From the NCBI GenBank assembly GCA_963715895.1, contig OY970284.1:2441484-2505483 (forward strand): a stretch of DNA of 64,000 bases. The letters are read 5' to 3'. The translations under genes were made by a program, and so were the position numbers. Under the pieces are notes generated by a model. It was given only the letters and a program-made list of their open reading frames with translations, had not been told where the DNA came from and did no database searches. Below are positions 1-9,523 of the stretch, piece by piece. Positions within the stretch are counted from its first letter, which is position 1. Each line of letters opens with the position of its first letter. This DNA is from Thermoanaerobaculia bacterium (lineage in GTDB: Bacteria; Acidobacteriota; Thermoanaerobaculia; Gp7-AA8).

Positions 1-224
1 ACCGCGAAAGGGTCGCGCATTTTCTGATCACCAACAACTGTCGTGGCGACTCGGCGCGCAAACATCTCGCGGTGCACGTTGAGTAAGCCTTTGTTCCGAA
101 AGACTTTCGGTTGCTTCGACATCCTGATCCGTGATTATAGCGAACCAGCCCGTGTCCTTCCGAACGCGGCTGTGGATACTCATCAATGAACGACTAGTGA
201 ACAGCGTTTCTCGTCGTCCTGTGG

Positions 225-1157
225 TTACTGAGGAGTGTCCGAGGGAGACACGACTTCCGTCGGTTCGGCGACAGAGGCCGGAGTCTCCGCGGGGAGCACA
301 CGCTCCGTCAGTGCCACGAACGATGCGAGAAACCAGCAGGCGGTGATCGGAGTGGCGATGTTCTGCACCCAGGAGCCCGCCCCGTCAATCCCCGCCACCT
401 TTTCGGCGATGGTGAGGATGATCCCTATGCCGAGGAAGATGAGAGTGGGGATCAGCGCGGTGACGAAGTGAATGCCGAAGTTGTTCATCAGTTGCGACCA
501 GCCAATGTACAGGGAATCACGCACCGAGGCCTCGGGAATCGCAATGCAGACGACTTCGGACTTCATCGACATGAGCCATCCGAGCAGGATCGTAATCATG
601 AGGATGACCGCGGACAAACAACTGATCGCGATCGACCCGGCGGACTTGGATCCGAGCAGGAAAGGACCGAGGAACAGGACCGCTGGAGACAACGAGATCG
701 CACCGACGACCAGATCAACCTGAAGAACGCGCCACCATCCTGTGCGGCCCCCGGCGATCCACTCCCGCAGGCGGAAGACGCGAAAGGCTGCCACAGGGGG
801 GCGAGGCATCGCCGGCAGGGCGGCACGATAGCCGTCGAGATAGACGCGTATGTTCGCCGCGGAGACGAATGCGCTGACGGTCATTGCAACCGCGATGATG
901 AGCAACGCCGCCGCGACGATGACCAGGATGCTGAGAGCGGTGTAACGTTTCAACAGGTCTTCAATGCGGCTGCTGAATTTGGATAGATCGATGCTTGAGA
1001 ATCCGACCGCCGCGACCAGCCCGAGGCCCGCGGCAGCCGCCAGCAACGTCCCCGCTCCGCGCAGCAGGAGCGCCGGCCAGTTGGCGACCATGTTGTTGAA
1101 ACCAAGCCGCACCATGTCGGTCGCGGTGCCGCGCGGTGGTCGGAATGGGACGAACAT
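225..1157 (-). CDS. polytopic integral membrane protein, family not recognised (about 310 aa)
   Basis: C-terminal about 310 aa of the 225..1907 ORF are hydrophobic with multiple predicted TM helices. The N-terminal part of that ORF overlaps cheR antisense and looks like a GC-artefact. Start chosen at ATG 1157 (MFVPF...); alternative ATG at 1117. Confidence 0.45.
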   Translation of the reverse strand: MFVPFRPPRGTATDMVRLGFNNMVANWPALLLRGAGTLLAAAAGLGLVAAVGFSSIDLSKFSSRIEDLLKRYTALSILVIVAAALLIIAVAMTVSAFVSAANIRVYLDGYRAALPAMPRPPVAAFRVFRLREWIAGGRTGWWRVLQVDLVVGAISLSPAVLFLGPFLLGSKSAGSIAISCLSAVILMITILLGWLMSMKSEVVCIAIPEASVRDSLYIGWSQLMNNFGIHFVTALIPTLIFLGIGIILTIAEKVAGIDGAGSWVQNIATPITACWFLASFVALTERVLPAETPASVAEPTEVVSPSDTPQ

Positions 1158-1280
1158 CGCTCCTCCGTTCTCGGACGCGATTCTGGTCTGGATTGCTGGG
1201 GGATGGACCTGAATGGCAAGTGTATACCGGTCGATCCGACCACCTCGGGTTTGAGCACGCCGTTTGCTCTGTAGCGGCCA

Positions 1281-2138
1281 GTGGTTACGCGCGCTCTTCC
1301 GGAAGCCGAGCAGCAGGAGAAAGTCGATCTCGAGGCGATCGAGGTGGATCTGCTCACCCAAGGCATTTACCAGCACTACGGTTTCGACTTCCGCGACTAC
1401 TCGCTCCCGTCGCTCCGGCGCCGGCTTTGGAAGCGGGTCTATGCCGAGGGGTTGTCCACCATCTCCGCGCTGCAAGACAAGGTCCTGCACGACCCGGCCT
1501 GCATGGAGCGGCTGCTGCTCGATTTGTCGATCAATACGACGGCCATGTTCCGCGACCCGTCGTTCTACCTCTCCTTCCGGCAGAAGATCGTCCCGCTGCT
1601 GCGCACCTATCCCTTCGTCCGCATCTGGCACGCCGGCTGTTCCACCGGGGAGGAGGTCTATTCGATGGCCATCCTTCTGCAGGAGGAAGGGCTGTACGAG
1701 CGCAGCCGGATCTACGCGACGGACATCAACGAGGCCGTTCTGCAGCGCGCCAAGGACGGCATTTTTCCGTTGAGCTCGATGCAGGAGAACACGGCCAACT
1801 ACATCGCCGCGGGCGGGAAGGGGACGTTCTCCGAGTACTACACGGCGCGCTACGACTACGCGCTGTTCCGGCCGGCGCTGCGCGAGAACGTCGTCTTCGC
1901 CCAGCACAACCTGGTCACCGACGCCTCATTCAATCACTTCAACGTCATCTTCTGCCGCAACGTCCTGATCTACTTCAACAATCAACTCCAGGACCGCGTG
2001 CAGGAGCTCTTTCTCAACAGCATGGAGCTTTTCGGCATCCTCGGACTGGGCAAGAAGGAGACCATCCGTTACACAGCGGTGACGGATCACTACGAGGAGC
2101 TGGATGCCGCGGAGAGGCTGTATCGGAGGATTCGGTGA
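1281..2138 (+). CDS. cheR: CheR-type protein-glutamate O-methyltransferase
   Basis: Translation contains the diagnostic SAM-MTase motif IWHAGCSTGEEVYSMAILL and CheR-like N-terminal helical domain. GTG start at 1281 immediately after an in-frame stop. Confidence 0.85.
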   Translation: MVTRALPEAEQQEKVDLEAIEVDLLTQGIYQHYGFDFRDYSLPSLRRRLWKRVYAEGLSTISALQDKVLHDPACMERLLLDLSINTTAMFRDPSFYLSFRQKIVPLLRTYPFVRIWHAGCSTGEEVYSMAILLQEEGLYERSRIYATDINEAVLQRAKDGIFPLSSMQENTANYIAAGGKGTFSEYYTARYDYALFRPALRENVVFAQHNLVTDASFNHFNVIFCRNVLIYFNNQLQDRVQELFLNSMELFGILGLGKKETIRYTAVTDHYEELDAAERLYRRIR

Positions 2139-2145
2139 AAAGCGG

Positions 2146-2248
2146 CGCTACGCGCGTTGTCGGTTATCGGTTATCGGTTGATTGTGCTTGCGCGCGTTGT
2201 CAGGGAGAAACCAACCGACAACCGATAACCGACAACGCGCGCAGCGCA
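2146..2248. repeat. long imperfect hairpin (about 36-bp arms, about 31-nt loop) whose arms are tandem CGGTTRT heptamers; sits between cheR stop and cheB start
   Basis: Left arm gcgctacgcgcgttgtcggttatcggttatcggttg. Right arm caaccgacaaccgataaccgacaacgcgcgcagcgc, the reverse complement with 2 mismatches. Same heptamer as the 43137-43335 element. Confidence 0.75.
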
Positions 2249-2258
2249 GAGGGTCGCC

Positions 2259-2921
2259 ATGCTTGAGCGTCGCCACACCTGGTCTCCGGTGATCGAACGG
2301 CGGGACCGCGCAACCACGAAACCGCGCAACCGCGTTCCCGAGCTCATCGCCATCGGCTGTTCCCTCGGCGGGATGAACGCGCTGCAGGCAATCCTCAGCC
2401 GTCTCACGCACGACTTCTGTATACCGATCGTGGTCGCACAACACCGGCACCGGAGGTCGAGCGACGCGCTGGCGGCGTACTTCCGCAGGCAGACGGACCT
2501 GGAAGTCGTCGACGCCGAGGACAAACAATGGATCGAGCCCGGGCACGTCTATCTGGCGCCGGCCGACTATCACCTGTTCGTCGAGCGCAATGGCGCGCGG
2601 GGAGAGCTGAGCCTTTCGGTCGACGACGCCGTGCGCCACTCCCGGCCGTCGATCGACGTCCTCTTCGAATCAGCCGCGGAGGCCTACGGCAACCGGCTGC
2701 TCGGCATCGTCCTCACCGGCGCCAATGACGACGGCGCGCGCGGGGCGGCCAGGATCAAAGCGCTCGGCGGCATCGTCATCGCGCAGGATCCCGCGACGGC
2801 GGAAGCCCCGGCGATGCCCTGCGCCACGATCGACGCCGTGCAAGTGGATCGAATCTTGCGTCTTGAAGAGATTGCCCCATTCCTGATCGAGGTCTGCCAA
2901 GCCTCCTTGAGCCATTCATGA
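2259..2921 (+). CDS. cheB: CheB-type protein-glutamate methylesterase, catalytic domain only (no receiver domain)
   Basis: GCSLGGMNAL (active-site Ser region), QHRHR, conserved Asp/His context typical of CheB_methylest. 220 aa, no REC domain. Stop overlaps the start of the downstream kinase (ATGA). Confidence 0.8.
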   Translation: MLERRHTWSPVIERRDRATTKPRNRVPELIAIGCSLGGMNALQAILSRLTHDFCIPIVVAQHRHRRSSDALAAYFRRQTDLEVVDAEDKQWIEPGHVYLAPADYHLFVERNGARGELSLSVDDAVRHSRPSIDVLFESAAEAYGNRLLGIVLTGANDDGARGAARIKALGGIVIAQDPATAEAPAMPCATIDAVQVDRILRLEEIAPFLIEVCQASLSHS

Positions 2922-4501
2922 CGCCCGCTCCCGACGAAAATGTGAACATCCTGCTGGTCGACGACCAGGAGAGCAATCTGCTCGCGCTGGAGTCGATCCT
3001 CGACGGCATGAATCTCAATCTTGTCCGGGCGGAATCGGGCCGTGCCGCCCTTCGGGCTCTTCTGGACCGCGAATTCGCGGTGATCCTGCTCGACGTGCAG
3101 ATGCCCAACCTCGACGGCTTCGAGACGGCAAGCCTCATCCGCGAGCGCGACAAATCGCGCGGAACTCCGATCATCTTTCTCACGGCCCTGAGCCGCAGCG
3201 AGACGCATGTCTTCCGCGGCTACGAGTTGGGGGCCGTCGACTACATCTTCAAGCCGTACCAGGCGGAGATCCTTCGCTACAAGGTCAACGTCTTCGTCGA
3301 GCTGTTCCGGAAGACGCAGGCCCTCACGCGGCAGGCGCACGAGCTGAAACGCCTCAGCCGTCAGAACGAATTGATCCTGAACGCGGCCGCGGAAGGAGTG
3401 TTCGGCGTCACCCCCGACGGCAGGGCCACGTTCGTCAACCCGGCAGCGGCCAGGATGATCGGCCACAGCGCCTCCGACGTGATCGGACACGAAGTCCACC
3501 CGCTGATTCATCCATCGTTCCCGGGCGTCTCGACGTGCGACGTCGCGCGCTGCCCGCTCGACGCCGCGCTGCACGGCAATCGGGTGCGCGACGAGATCGT
3601 CGACACGTTCTTCCGCGACGACGGGACCAGTTTTCCGGTCGAGTTCTGCGCCTCGCCGATGCTCGATGACGAGGGGAACACCGTCGGCTCCGTCATCACG
3701 TTCCGCGACGTGACGGAGAAGCGCGCCGCGGCTGCCGCGGCCGAAAACGAACGGCGCTACCGGGAGGCCGAGGCGCAGAACCGCGCCAAAGACAACTTCC
3801 TGGCCACGCTCTCGCACGAACTGCGCACCCCGATGACCTCGATCCTCGGCTGGGTGCAGTTTCTCCGCTCCGGCGACTACTCCCCCGACGAGCTTCGCGA
3901 GGCGCTGCACATGATCGAGAACAGCGCCCAGCTGCAGAAGCGGCTGATCGACGACATGCTCGACGTCTCACGCATCATCCTCGGCAAGTTCCAGGTCGAC
4001 CTGCGGCCGACGCATCTGTCGGAGATCGTCGAAGCGGCTGTCACGAACGCGCGACCCGACGCCGCCGAACGCGGCGTCCGCCTGACCTCGGAAGTCGTCC
4101 GTCCGCCCGAGGACGTCGTCGAAGCCGACGCCGGGCGAATCCAGCAGGTCATCGGCAACATTCTCTCGAACGCCATCAAGTTCACGCCGCCGGGCAAGCA
4201 GGTCGACCTGCGCCTGGAGCGCGTCGATCACATGCTGCAGATCAGCGTGCTCGACGAAGGGGAGGGCATCGAGCCGTCCTTCCTCCCGCACGTCTTCGAG
4301 CGGCTGCGCCAGGCCGACGCTTCCTCCAAGCGCAGCGGCCTCGGCCTCGGCCTAGCCATCGCACGCCACATCATCGACCTCCATCACGGCGATATCCGCG
4401 CCGAGTCGGAGGGCTTGGGCAAAGGGGCGCGGTTCACCGTGACCCTGCCGGTGATCGAGCATGCGCAGGCCATGAGGGAGTCCGCGACATCGATCGCGTA
4501 A
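2918..4501 (+). CDS. hybrid response-regulator / PAS / histidine kinase (REC-PAS-HisKA-HATPase_c)
   Basis: N-terminal receiver (LLVDDQESN...ILLDVQMPNLDGFE). PAS (LNAAAEGVFGVTPDGRATFVNPAAARMIG). H-box (FLATLSHELRTPMTSILGW). G-boxes (GLGLGLAIARHIIDLHHGDIRAES). Translationally coupled to cheB. Confidence 0.85.
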   Translation: MTPAPDENVNILLVDDQESNLLALESILDGMNLNLVRAESGRAALRALLDREFAVILLDVQMPNLDGFETASLIRERDKSRGTPIIFLTALSRSETHVFRGYELGAVDYIFKPYQAEILRYKVNVFVELFRKTQALTRQAHELKRLSRQNELILNAAAEGVFGVTPDGRATFVNPAAARMIGHSASDVIGHEVHPLIHPSFPGVSTCDVARCPLDAALHGNRVRDEIVDTFFRDDGTSFPVEFCASPMLDDEGNTVGSVITFRDVTEKRAAAAAAENERRYREAEAQNRAKDNFLATLSHELRTPMTSILGWVQFLRSGDYSPDELREALHMIENSAQLQKRLIDDMLDVSRIILGKFQVDLRPTHLSEIVEAAVTNARPDAAERGVRLTSEVVRPPEDVVEADAGRIQQVIGNILSNAIKFTPPGKQVDLRLERVDHMLQISVLDEGEGIEPSFLPHVFERLRQADASSKRSGLGLGLAIARHIIDLHHGDIRAESEGLGKGARFTVTLPVIEHAQAMRESATSIA

Positions 4502-4507
4502 CCCAGT

Positions 4508-5143
4508 TCACAACAACGTACACGCCTCCCCAAACGCGAGCCGGGGGTGGCGCGGCTGGAGCTTCGCGGGGTCGCCGTAGCCGAGGTTGATGAGGAAGTT
4601 CGACTTCACATGTCCCTCGGGGAAGAACTCCTGATCACAACTCTCGCACTCGCGGCCGGCATCGAAGAACTCCCGGTCGAGCAAGGCGTTGTCGAAACCC
4701 GACATCGGGCCGCAGTCGAGCCCGAGGGCGCGTGCGGCGATGATCAGATACGCGCCCTGGAGCGATGAATTGCGCCGCGCCGTCATCTCGACGAGCTGGG
4801 GATTCGACGCGAACATCTCGCGCATCGACGGACTGTGCGGAAAGAGCCGCGGCAGCTTCTCGTAGAACTTCAGGTCGTAGGCGACGACCACCGTCACCGG
4901 CGCCGCCATCGTCTTGGCGACGTTGCCCGGCGCCAGAGTAGGACGAAGGCGCTCCTTCCCCGCTTTCGTGCAGATGAACACGAAGCGCGCAGGACTCGAG
5001 TTCGCGCTCGTCGGCCCCCACTTCATCGTGTCGTAGATCTCCCGTAGCAGTTCATCGCCGACCGGCTTGTCGAGCCATGCGGAATGAGTCCGGGCGTTGC
5101 GGAAAATGAGATCGAGACACGGTTCGTGGGCGGTTGTCGTCAT
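4508..5143 (-). CDS. nitroreductase-family flavoprotein (RutE/YdjA-like)
   Basis: [28 protein letters not shown]...; nitroreductase fold signatures. Start placed at ATG 5143. The upstream MPHW extension of the ORF-track ORF runs into the IS flank. Confidence 0.7.
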   Translation of the reverse strand: MTTTAHEPCLDLIFRNARTHSAWLDKPVGDELLREIYDTMKWGPTSANSSPARFVFICTKAGKERLRPTLAPGNVAKTMAAPVTVVVAYDLKFYEKLPRLFPHSPSMREMFASNPQLVEMTARRNSSLQGAYLIIAARALGLDCGPMSGFDNALLDREFFDAGRECESCDQEFFPEGHVKSNFLINLGYGDPAKLQPRHPRLAFGEACTLL

Positions 5144-5258
5144 GGATTCGCCTCGGTGCACGTATCGCACCGATCCAGCCATTAGTCTCTGAGCTTCGCG
5201 GCAGGCCAATGCTACTGCGTGGTAAGTGAGCCAATAGGGAGACCAATGTGGCACAGAC

Positions 5259-6613
5259 CACAGTTGTCCAAATTAGGTTAGGAGAATTTGGCCCTCGACG
5301 GAAACGCCGGGCTCTGTAGGATTAGGCAGTTCGACCAAGAACGACCGATCAACAGGAGGCCCAGCGTTGAGTGCATTTTCTAGCGTATTCGGACAGATTC
5401 TCAAGTTGTTTCCCCGGGCAGAGTTCGAGCAGTTGGTTCGAGAGGCCAAGGCCGAGAGGCACGCTCGAGGGTTCACCTGTTGGCAGCAGTTCGTGGCGAT
5501 GCTGTTTTGCCAGTTGGGCAAGGCCCAATCGCTTCGTGAGATATGCCAGGGACTGGCCTCGGTGGAAGGGAAGCTCAATCACCTCGGTATCGAGGAGGCG
5601 CCGAACAAGTCCACCCTTTCCTACGCAAACGCCCACCGGCCGTGGGAGTTGTACCAGCTCGTTTTCGAGCAGATGTATCAGCGCTGCCGTCAGATTGCAC
5701 CGAAGCATAAGCTGCGGTTCAAGAACCCGTTGCTGTCGATCGACGCAACCGTGATCGAGCTTTGCGCGAGCCTGTTTGACTGGGCTCACTACAAGCAGAC
5801 CAAGGGAGCGGTGAAGCTTCACATGATTCTCGATCACAACGGGCTGCTACCGAGCTTCTGCCTCATCACCGAAGCCCGAAAGTACGACGTGACAGTGGCT
5901 CGGGACTGGGATTTCCCAGCCGGTACGATCATCGCTTTCGATCGTGGATACATCGACTTCCGCTGGTTTCGCTCACTCGACCAACGCGGCATCTTCTTCG
6001 TCACGCGACTCAAACGACGGACGACCTATTCTGTGGTCAAAGAGAACCCCATTCCTCAGAAGGGCGGCGTTCTTCGCGATGCCACCATCCAGCTGACCAG
6101 CCGGCAACTCAGAGGCGGTTCCTCTCCACTTCTTCGCTTGGTCGAGTATCGCGCTCAGGACGGCCGGACCTATGAGTTTCTCACCAACCATCTGAGCTTC
6201 GGACCAACCACCATCGCTGCCATCTATGAACAGCGATGGCAGATCGAGTCGTTTTTTAAAGCCATCAAGCAGAACCTGCGCATCAAGACCTTCGTGGGGA
6301 CCTCCGCGAATGCTCTTCACATCCAGGTCTGGACGGCTCTGATCGCCATCCTCACGCTTCGGTACCTCAAGCTACGCTCCACGTTCGGATGGGCTCTGTC
6401 GAATCTGCTCGCCATCTTGCGGTTCAACCTGTTCGCTTACCGCGATCTGTGGTCCTGGCTCAACGACCCGTTCACTCCACCGCCTCTCCCTCCACCCGCT
6501 CAACTCTCCCTCAATTTGGACAGCATCTGAGGGGGTCGATCTCACTTCCCGTCAAAAATGACTCGTACGCTCAGCAGAACCGGCCGTTTCTCAACCTAAT
6601 TTGGACAGCTGTG
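5259..6613 (+). mobile_element. IS4-family insertion sequence, copy 1 (1355 bp)
   Basis: 22-bp imperfect terminal IRs cacagTtgtccaaattaggtt / cacagCtgtccaaattaggtt. Flanked by perfect 9-bp direct repeat ggcacagac (5250-5258 and 6614-6622). Identical to copy 2 over its full length. Confidence 0.85.
5367..6530 (+). CDS. IS4-family DDE transposase
   Basis: 387 aa; C-terminal YEQRWQIESFFKAIKQNL (YREK-type) motif and DDE_Tnp_1-like architecture. TTG start as given in the ORF track. Confidence 0.85.
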   Translation: MSAFSSVFGQILKLFPRAEFEQLVREAKAERHARGFTCWQQFVAMLFCQLGKAQSLREICQGLASVEGKLNHLGIEEAPNKSTLSYANAHRPWELYQLVFEQMYQRCRQIAPKHKLRFKNPLLSIDATVIELCASLFDWAHYKQTKGAVKLHMILDHNGLLPSFCLITEARKYDVTVARDWDFPAGTIIAFDRGYIDFRWFRSLDQRGIFFVTRLKRRTTYSVVKENPIPQKGGVLRDATIQLTSRQLRGGSSPLLRLVEYRAQDGRTYEFLTNHLSFGPTTIAAIYEQRWQIESFFKAIKQNLRIKTFVGTSANALHIQVWTALIAILTLRYLKLRSTFGWALSNLLAILRFNLFAYRDLWSWLNDPFTPPPLPPPAQLSLNLDSI

Positions 6614-6715
6614 GGCACAGACACTCTTGTCTGTGCCGGATCTCGCCACGACCCAAGACGCAAGCCCTCAGCGGCGGGCGGCTCCGGCCGGGGCACAGAC
6701 AAGAGTGTCTGTGCC
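6614..6715. repeat. 102-bp inter-IS spacer made of two inverted copies of the 24-bp hairpin ggcacagaca-ctct/agag-tgtctgtgcc flanking 54 bp
   Basis: 6614-6637 ggcacagacactcttgtctgtgcc; 6692-6715 ggcacagacaagagtgtctgtgcc. Outer halves continue as caatgtggcacagac (5244-5258) and gtctgtgccacattgg (8071-8086). Confidence 0.8.
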
Positions 6716-8070
6716 CACAGTTGTCCAAATTAGGTTAGGAGAATTTGGCCCTCGACGGAAACGCCGGGCTCTGTAGGATTAGGCAGTTCGACCAAGAACG
6801 ACCGATCAACAGGAGGCCCAGCGTTGAGTGCATTTTCTAGCGTATTCGGACAGATTCTCAAGTTGTTTCCCCGGGCAGAGTTCGAGCAGTTGGTTCGAGA
6901 GGCCAAGGCCGAGAGGCACGCTCGAGGGTTCACCTGTTGGCAGCAGTTCGTGGCGATGCTGTTTTGCCAGTTGGGCAAGGCCCAATCGCTTCGTGAGATA
7001 TGCCAGGGACTGGCCTCGGTGGAAGGGAAGCTCAATCACCTCGGTATCGAGGAGGCGCCGAACAAGTCCACCCTTTCCTACGCAAACGCCCACCGGCCGT
7101 GGGAGTTGTACCAGCTCGTTTTCGAGCAGATGTATCAGCGCTGCCGTCAGATTGCACCGAAGCATAAGCTGCGGTTCAAGAACCCGTTGCTGTCGATCGA
7201 CGCAACCGTGATCGAGCTTTGCGCGAGCCTGTTTGACTGGGCTCACTACAAGCAGACCAAGGGAGCGGTGAAGCTTCACATGATTCTCGATCACAACGGG
7301 CTGCTACCGAGCTTCTGCCTCATCACCGAAGCCCGAAAGTACGACGTGACAGTGGCTCGGGACTGGGATTTCCCAGCCGGTACGATCATCGCTTTCGATC
7401 GTGGATACATCGACTTCCGCTGGTTTCGCTCACTCGACCAACGCGGCATCTTCTTCGTCACGCGACTCAAACGACGGACGACCTATTCTGTGGTCAAAGA
7501 GAACCCCATTCCTCAGAAGGGCGGCGTTCTTCGCGATGCCACCATCCAGCTGACCAGCCGGCAACTCAGAGGCGGTTCCTCTCCACTTCTTCGCTTGGTC
7601 GAGTATCGCGCTCAGGACGGCCGGACCTATGAGTTTCTCACCAACCATCTGAGCTTCGGACCAACCACCATCGCTGCCATCTATGAACAGCGATGGCAGA
7701 TCGAGTCGTTTTTTAAAGCCATCAAGCAGAACCTGCGCATCAAGACCTTCGTGGGGACCTCCGCGAATGCTCTTCACATCCAGGTCTGGACGGCTCTGAT
7801 CGCCATCCTCACGCTTCGGTACCTCAAGCTACGCTCCACGTTCGGATGGGCTCTGTCGAATCTGCTCGCCATCTTGCGGTTCAACCTGTTCGCTTACCGC
7901 GATCTGTGGTCCTGGCTCAACGACCCGTTCACTCCACCGCCTCTCCCTCCACCCGCTCAACTCTCCCTCAATTTGGACAGCATCTGAGGGGGTCGATCTC
8001 ACTTCCCGTCAAAAATGACTCGTACGCTCAGCAGAACCGGCCGTTTCTCAACCTAATTTGGACAGCTGTG
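6716..8070 (+). mobile_element. IS4-family insertion sequence, copy 2 (1355 bp, 100% identical to copy 1)
   Basis: Same IRs as copy 1. Flanked by perfect 9-bp direct repeat gtctgtgcc (6707-6715 and 8071-8079), which is the reverse complement of the copy-1 TSD. Confidence 0.85.
6824..7987 (+). CDS. IS4-family DDE transposase (second identical copy)
   Basis: Protein identical to 5367..6530. Confidence 0.85.
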   Translation: MSAFSSVFGQILKLFPRAEFEQLVREAKAERHARGFTCWQQFVAMLFCQLGKAQSLREICQGLASVEGKLNHLGIEEAPNKSTLSYANAHRPWELYQLVFEQMYQRCRQIAPKHKLRFKNPLLSIDATVIELCASLFDWAHYKQTKGAVKLHMILDHNGLLPSFCLITEARKYDVTVARDWDFPAGTIIAFDRGYIDFRWFRSLDQRGIFFVTRLKRRTTYSVVKENPIPQKGGVLRDATIQLTSRQLRGGSSPLLRLVEYRAQDGRTYEFLTNHLSFGPTTIAAIYEQRWQIESFFKAIKQNLRIKTFVGTSANALHIQVWTALIAILTLRYLKLRSTFGWALSNLLAILRFNLFAYRDLWSWLNDPFTPPPLPPPAQLSLNLDSI

Positions 8071-8134
8071 GTCTGTGCCACATTGGTCCCTGGTTTCCGG
8101 CACCAACGGACAACGCGGCGCGAAGCGCCGCGCC

Positions 8135-9523
8135 TTACTCCGCTGTTGCGATCTGGTATTGCTCGATCTTCCCGTCCGGCATGATGAAGGTCGTCAGGCG
8201 CAGCGTCTTGTTCGGGAACTTGATCCGGTAGCGGCGAAGGGTCATGCCGCCGCGGAGGGACTGGGCGGCCTGGACGAACTCCTGCGGGACGCCGAGGGGG
8301 GCGAGGCTGGAGGCAAAGTCCTTGATGGCCTGATCGTCGAAATAGGCGTTTGCGTTGGAGGTGAATTGCGTCCGGTCGAGGCGGCCTTTTTGGAGCTCGT
8401 CGAAGATCTCGTGCATCTGCTCGGTCGTCTTCGGCGTGGCCGGGTCGGTTGAGGCGAAGATCGTTTTGGAGATGCCGGCGGCGATCTGTTCCGAGGCGCC
8501 GGTGGCGTCGAGATTCGTCAGGACGGCGATGGCCACGCGATCGTCGGGATAGACCTCGTTACGCGCGGTGAAGCCGGAAACCTCGCCGCCGTGCGAGAGG
8601 ATGCGCCGACCGTCGGCCATGCCGATGCCGACGCCGAGGCCGTAGTGGGAGCCGACGCCGTTGTTCAGCTCCACCTCGGTCTCCAGAACCCGATACGACT
8701 CCGGTTTCAGGATAGTCTGATCGATCACCGAGATATCCCACAGCGCCAGGTCATGCGCGGTCATGGCCAGCTCGCCCGCGGCAAACATCCATCCGCGTCC
8801 TTCTTTCGGAGCGGGACGGAGCGGTCCGAGCGCGTAGCGGAGATAGCGCATCGGATCCTCGGGGCCGAGGGGAGCGGCATCGGTGTTGGAGACGGTGGTC
8901 ATCTTGAGAGGGACGAAGACCCGTTTCTGCAGGTAGTCCAGCAGCGGCATGCCGGCCACCTTCTCGGCGATCATTCCGGCGATCACGTAGTTGGTATTGC
9001 TGTATTGCCACTTCGCGCCCGGCTCGAAGTCGAGGGCCTTCTTCGCCCAGCCTGCCGCGATCTCCGGCGCCGTCACCGGCTGCATCATCATCGGCATGAC
9101 GTAATCCTGCGGCCAGAAATCCTGATAGCCGGAGGTCATCGAGAGGATCTGGCGGATGGTGACGTCGCCTGCGCGCGTGAGGTCGGGCAGCCAGCGGATG
9201 ACCTTGTCATCGAGCGAGAGTTTGCCCTCCTCGGCGAGCATGAGGATCGCGGTGGCCGTGAATTGCTTGCTGATCGAGCCGATCGAGTAGCGCATCTGCG
9301 GCGACGCAGGCAGCTTCGTCTCCAGGTTCGCGATTCCGTACGCGTGTGTGTAAACGATCTTTCCATCGCGGACGACGGCGATCGACGCGCTCGGCGCGCC
9401 GGTCTTTGCAAGGATGTCGGCAGCAGACTTGTCGATGCTGGCCCGCATCTCGGCGGGCAACTCCTGCGCGTGCAGGGCGGCGGTGAGGGCGAAGGCGAGG
9501 AGTGCGGTAACGATTCTGCGCAT
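8135..9523 (-). CDS. secreted serine hydrolase of the beta-lactamase / penicillin-binding-protein-like (class C) family
   Basis: Signal peptide MRRIVTALLAFALTAALHAQ. SxxK (SISKQF), YxN (YSNTNY) and HGG motifs. Start at ATG 9523. Confidence 0.8.
   Translation of the reverse strand: MRRIVTALLAFALTAALHAQELPAEMRASIDKSAADILAKTGAPSASIAVVRDGKIVYTHAYGIANLETKLPASPQMRYSIGSISKQFTATAILMLAEEGKLSLDDKVIRWLPDLTRAGDVTIRQILSMTSGYQDFWPQDYVMPMMMQPVTAPEIAAGWAKKALDFEPGAKWQYSNTNYVIAGMIAEKVAGMPLLDYLQKRVFVPLKMTTVSNTDAAPLGPEDPMRYLRYALGPLRPAPKEGRGWMFAAGELAMTAHDLALWDISVIDQTILKPESYRVLETEVELNNGVGSHYGLGVGIGMADGRRILSHGGEVSGFTARNEVYPDDRVAIAVLTNLDATGASEQIAAGISKTIFASTDPATPKTTEQMHEIFDELQKGRLDRTQFTSNANAYFDDQAIKDFASSLAPLGVPQEFVQAAQSLRGGMTLRRYRIKFPNKTLRLTTFIMPDGKIEQYQIATAE

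Noticed and set aside
225-1907. N-terminal 250 aa of the 560-aa ORF on the - strand
   Set aside because: It overlaps cheR antisense with a low-complexity Arg-rich translation. Only the hydrophobic C-terminal about 310 aa (225..1157) look like a real membrane protein.
5349-5837. 162-aa and 101-aa antisense ORFs inside each IS copy (5273..5578, 5349..5837, 6730..7035, 6806..7294) and 115-aa ORFs 5973..6320 / 7430..7777
   Set aside because: They are antisense to the transposase gene with no motifs; IS4 elements encode a single transposase.
5244-8086. Interpreting the two ISs plus flanks as one composite transposon, or as a tandem duplication artefact
   Set aside because: There are no passenger genes between the copies (only 102 bp of hairpin elements). 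Each copy has its own perfect 9-bp TSD that reconstructs a known paired-hairpin locus. Independent insertions are the simpler explanation. Assembly collapse still needs a long-read check.
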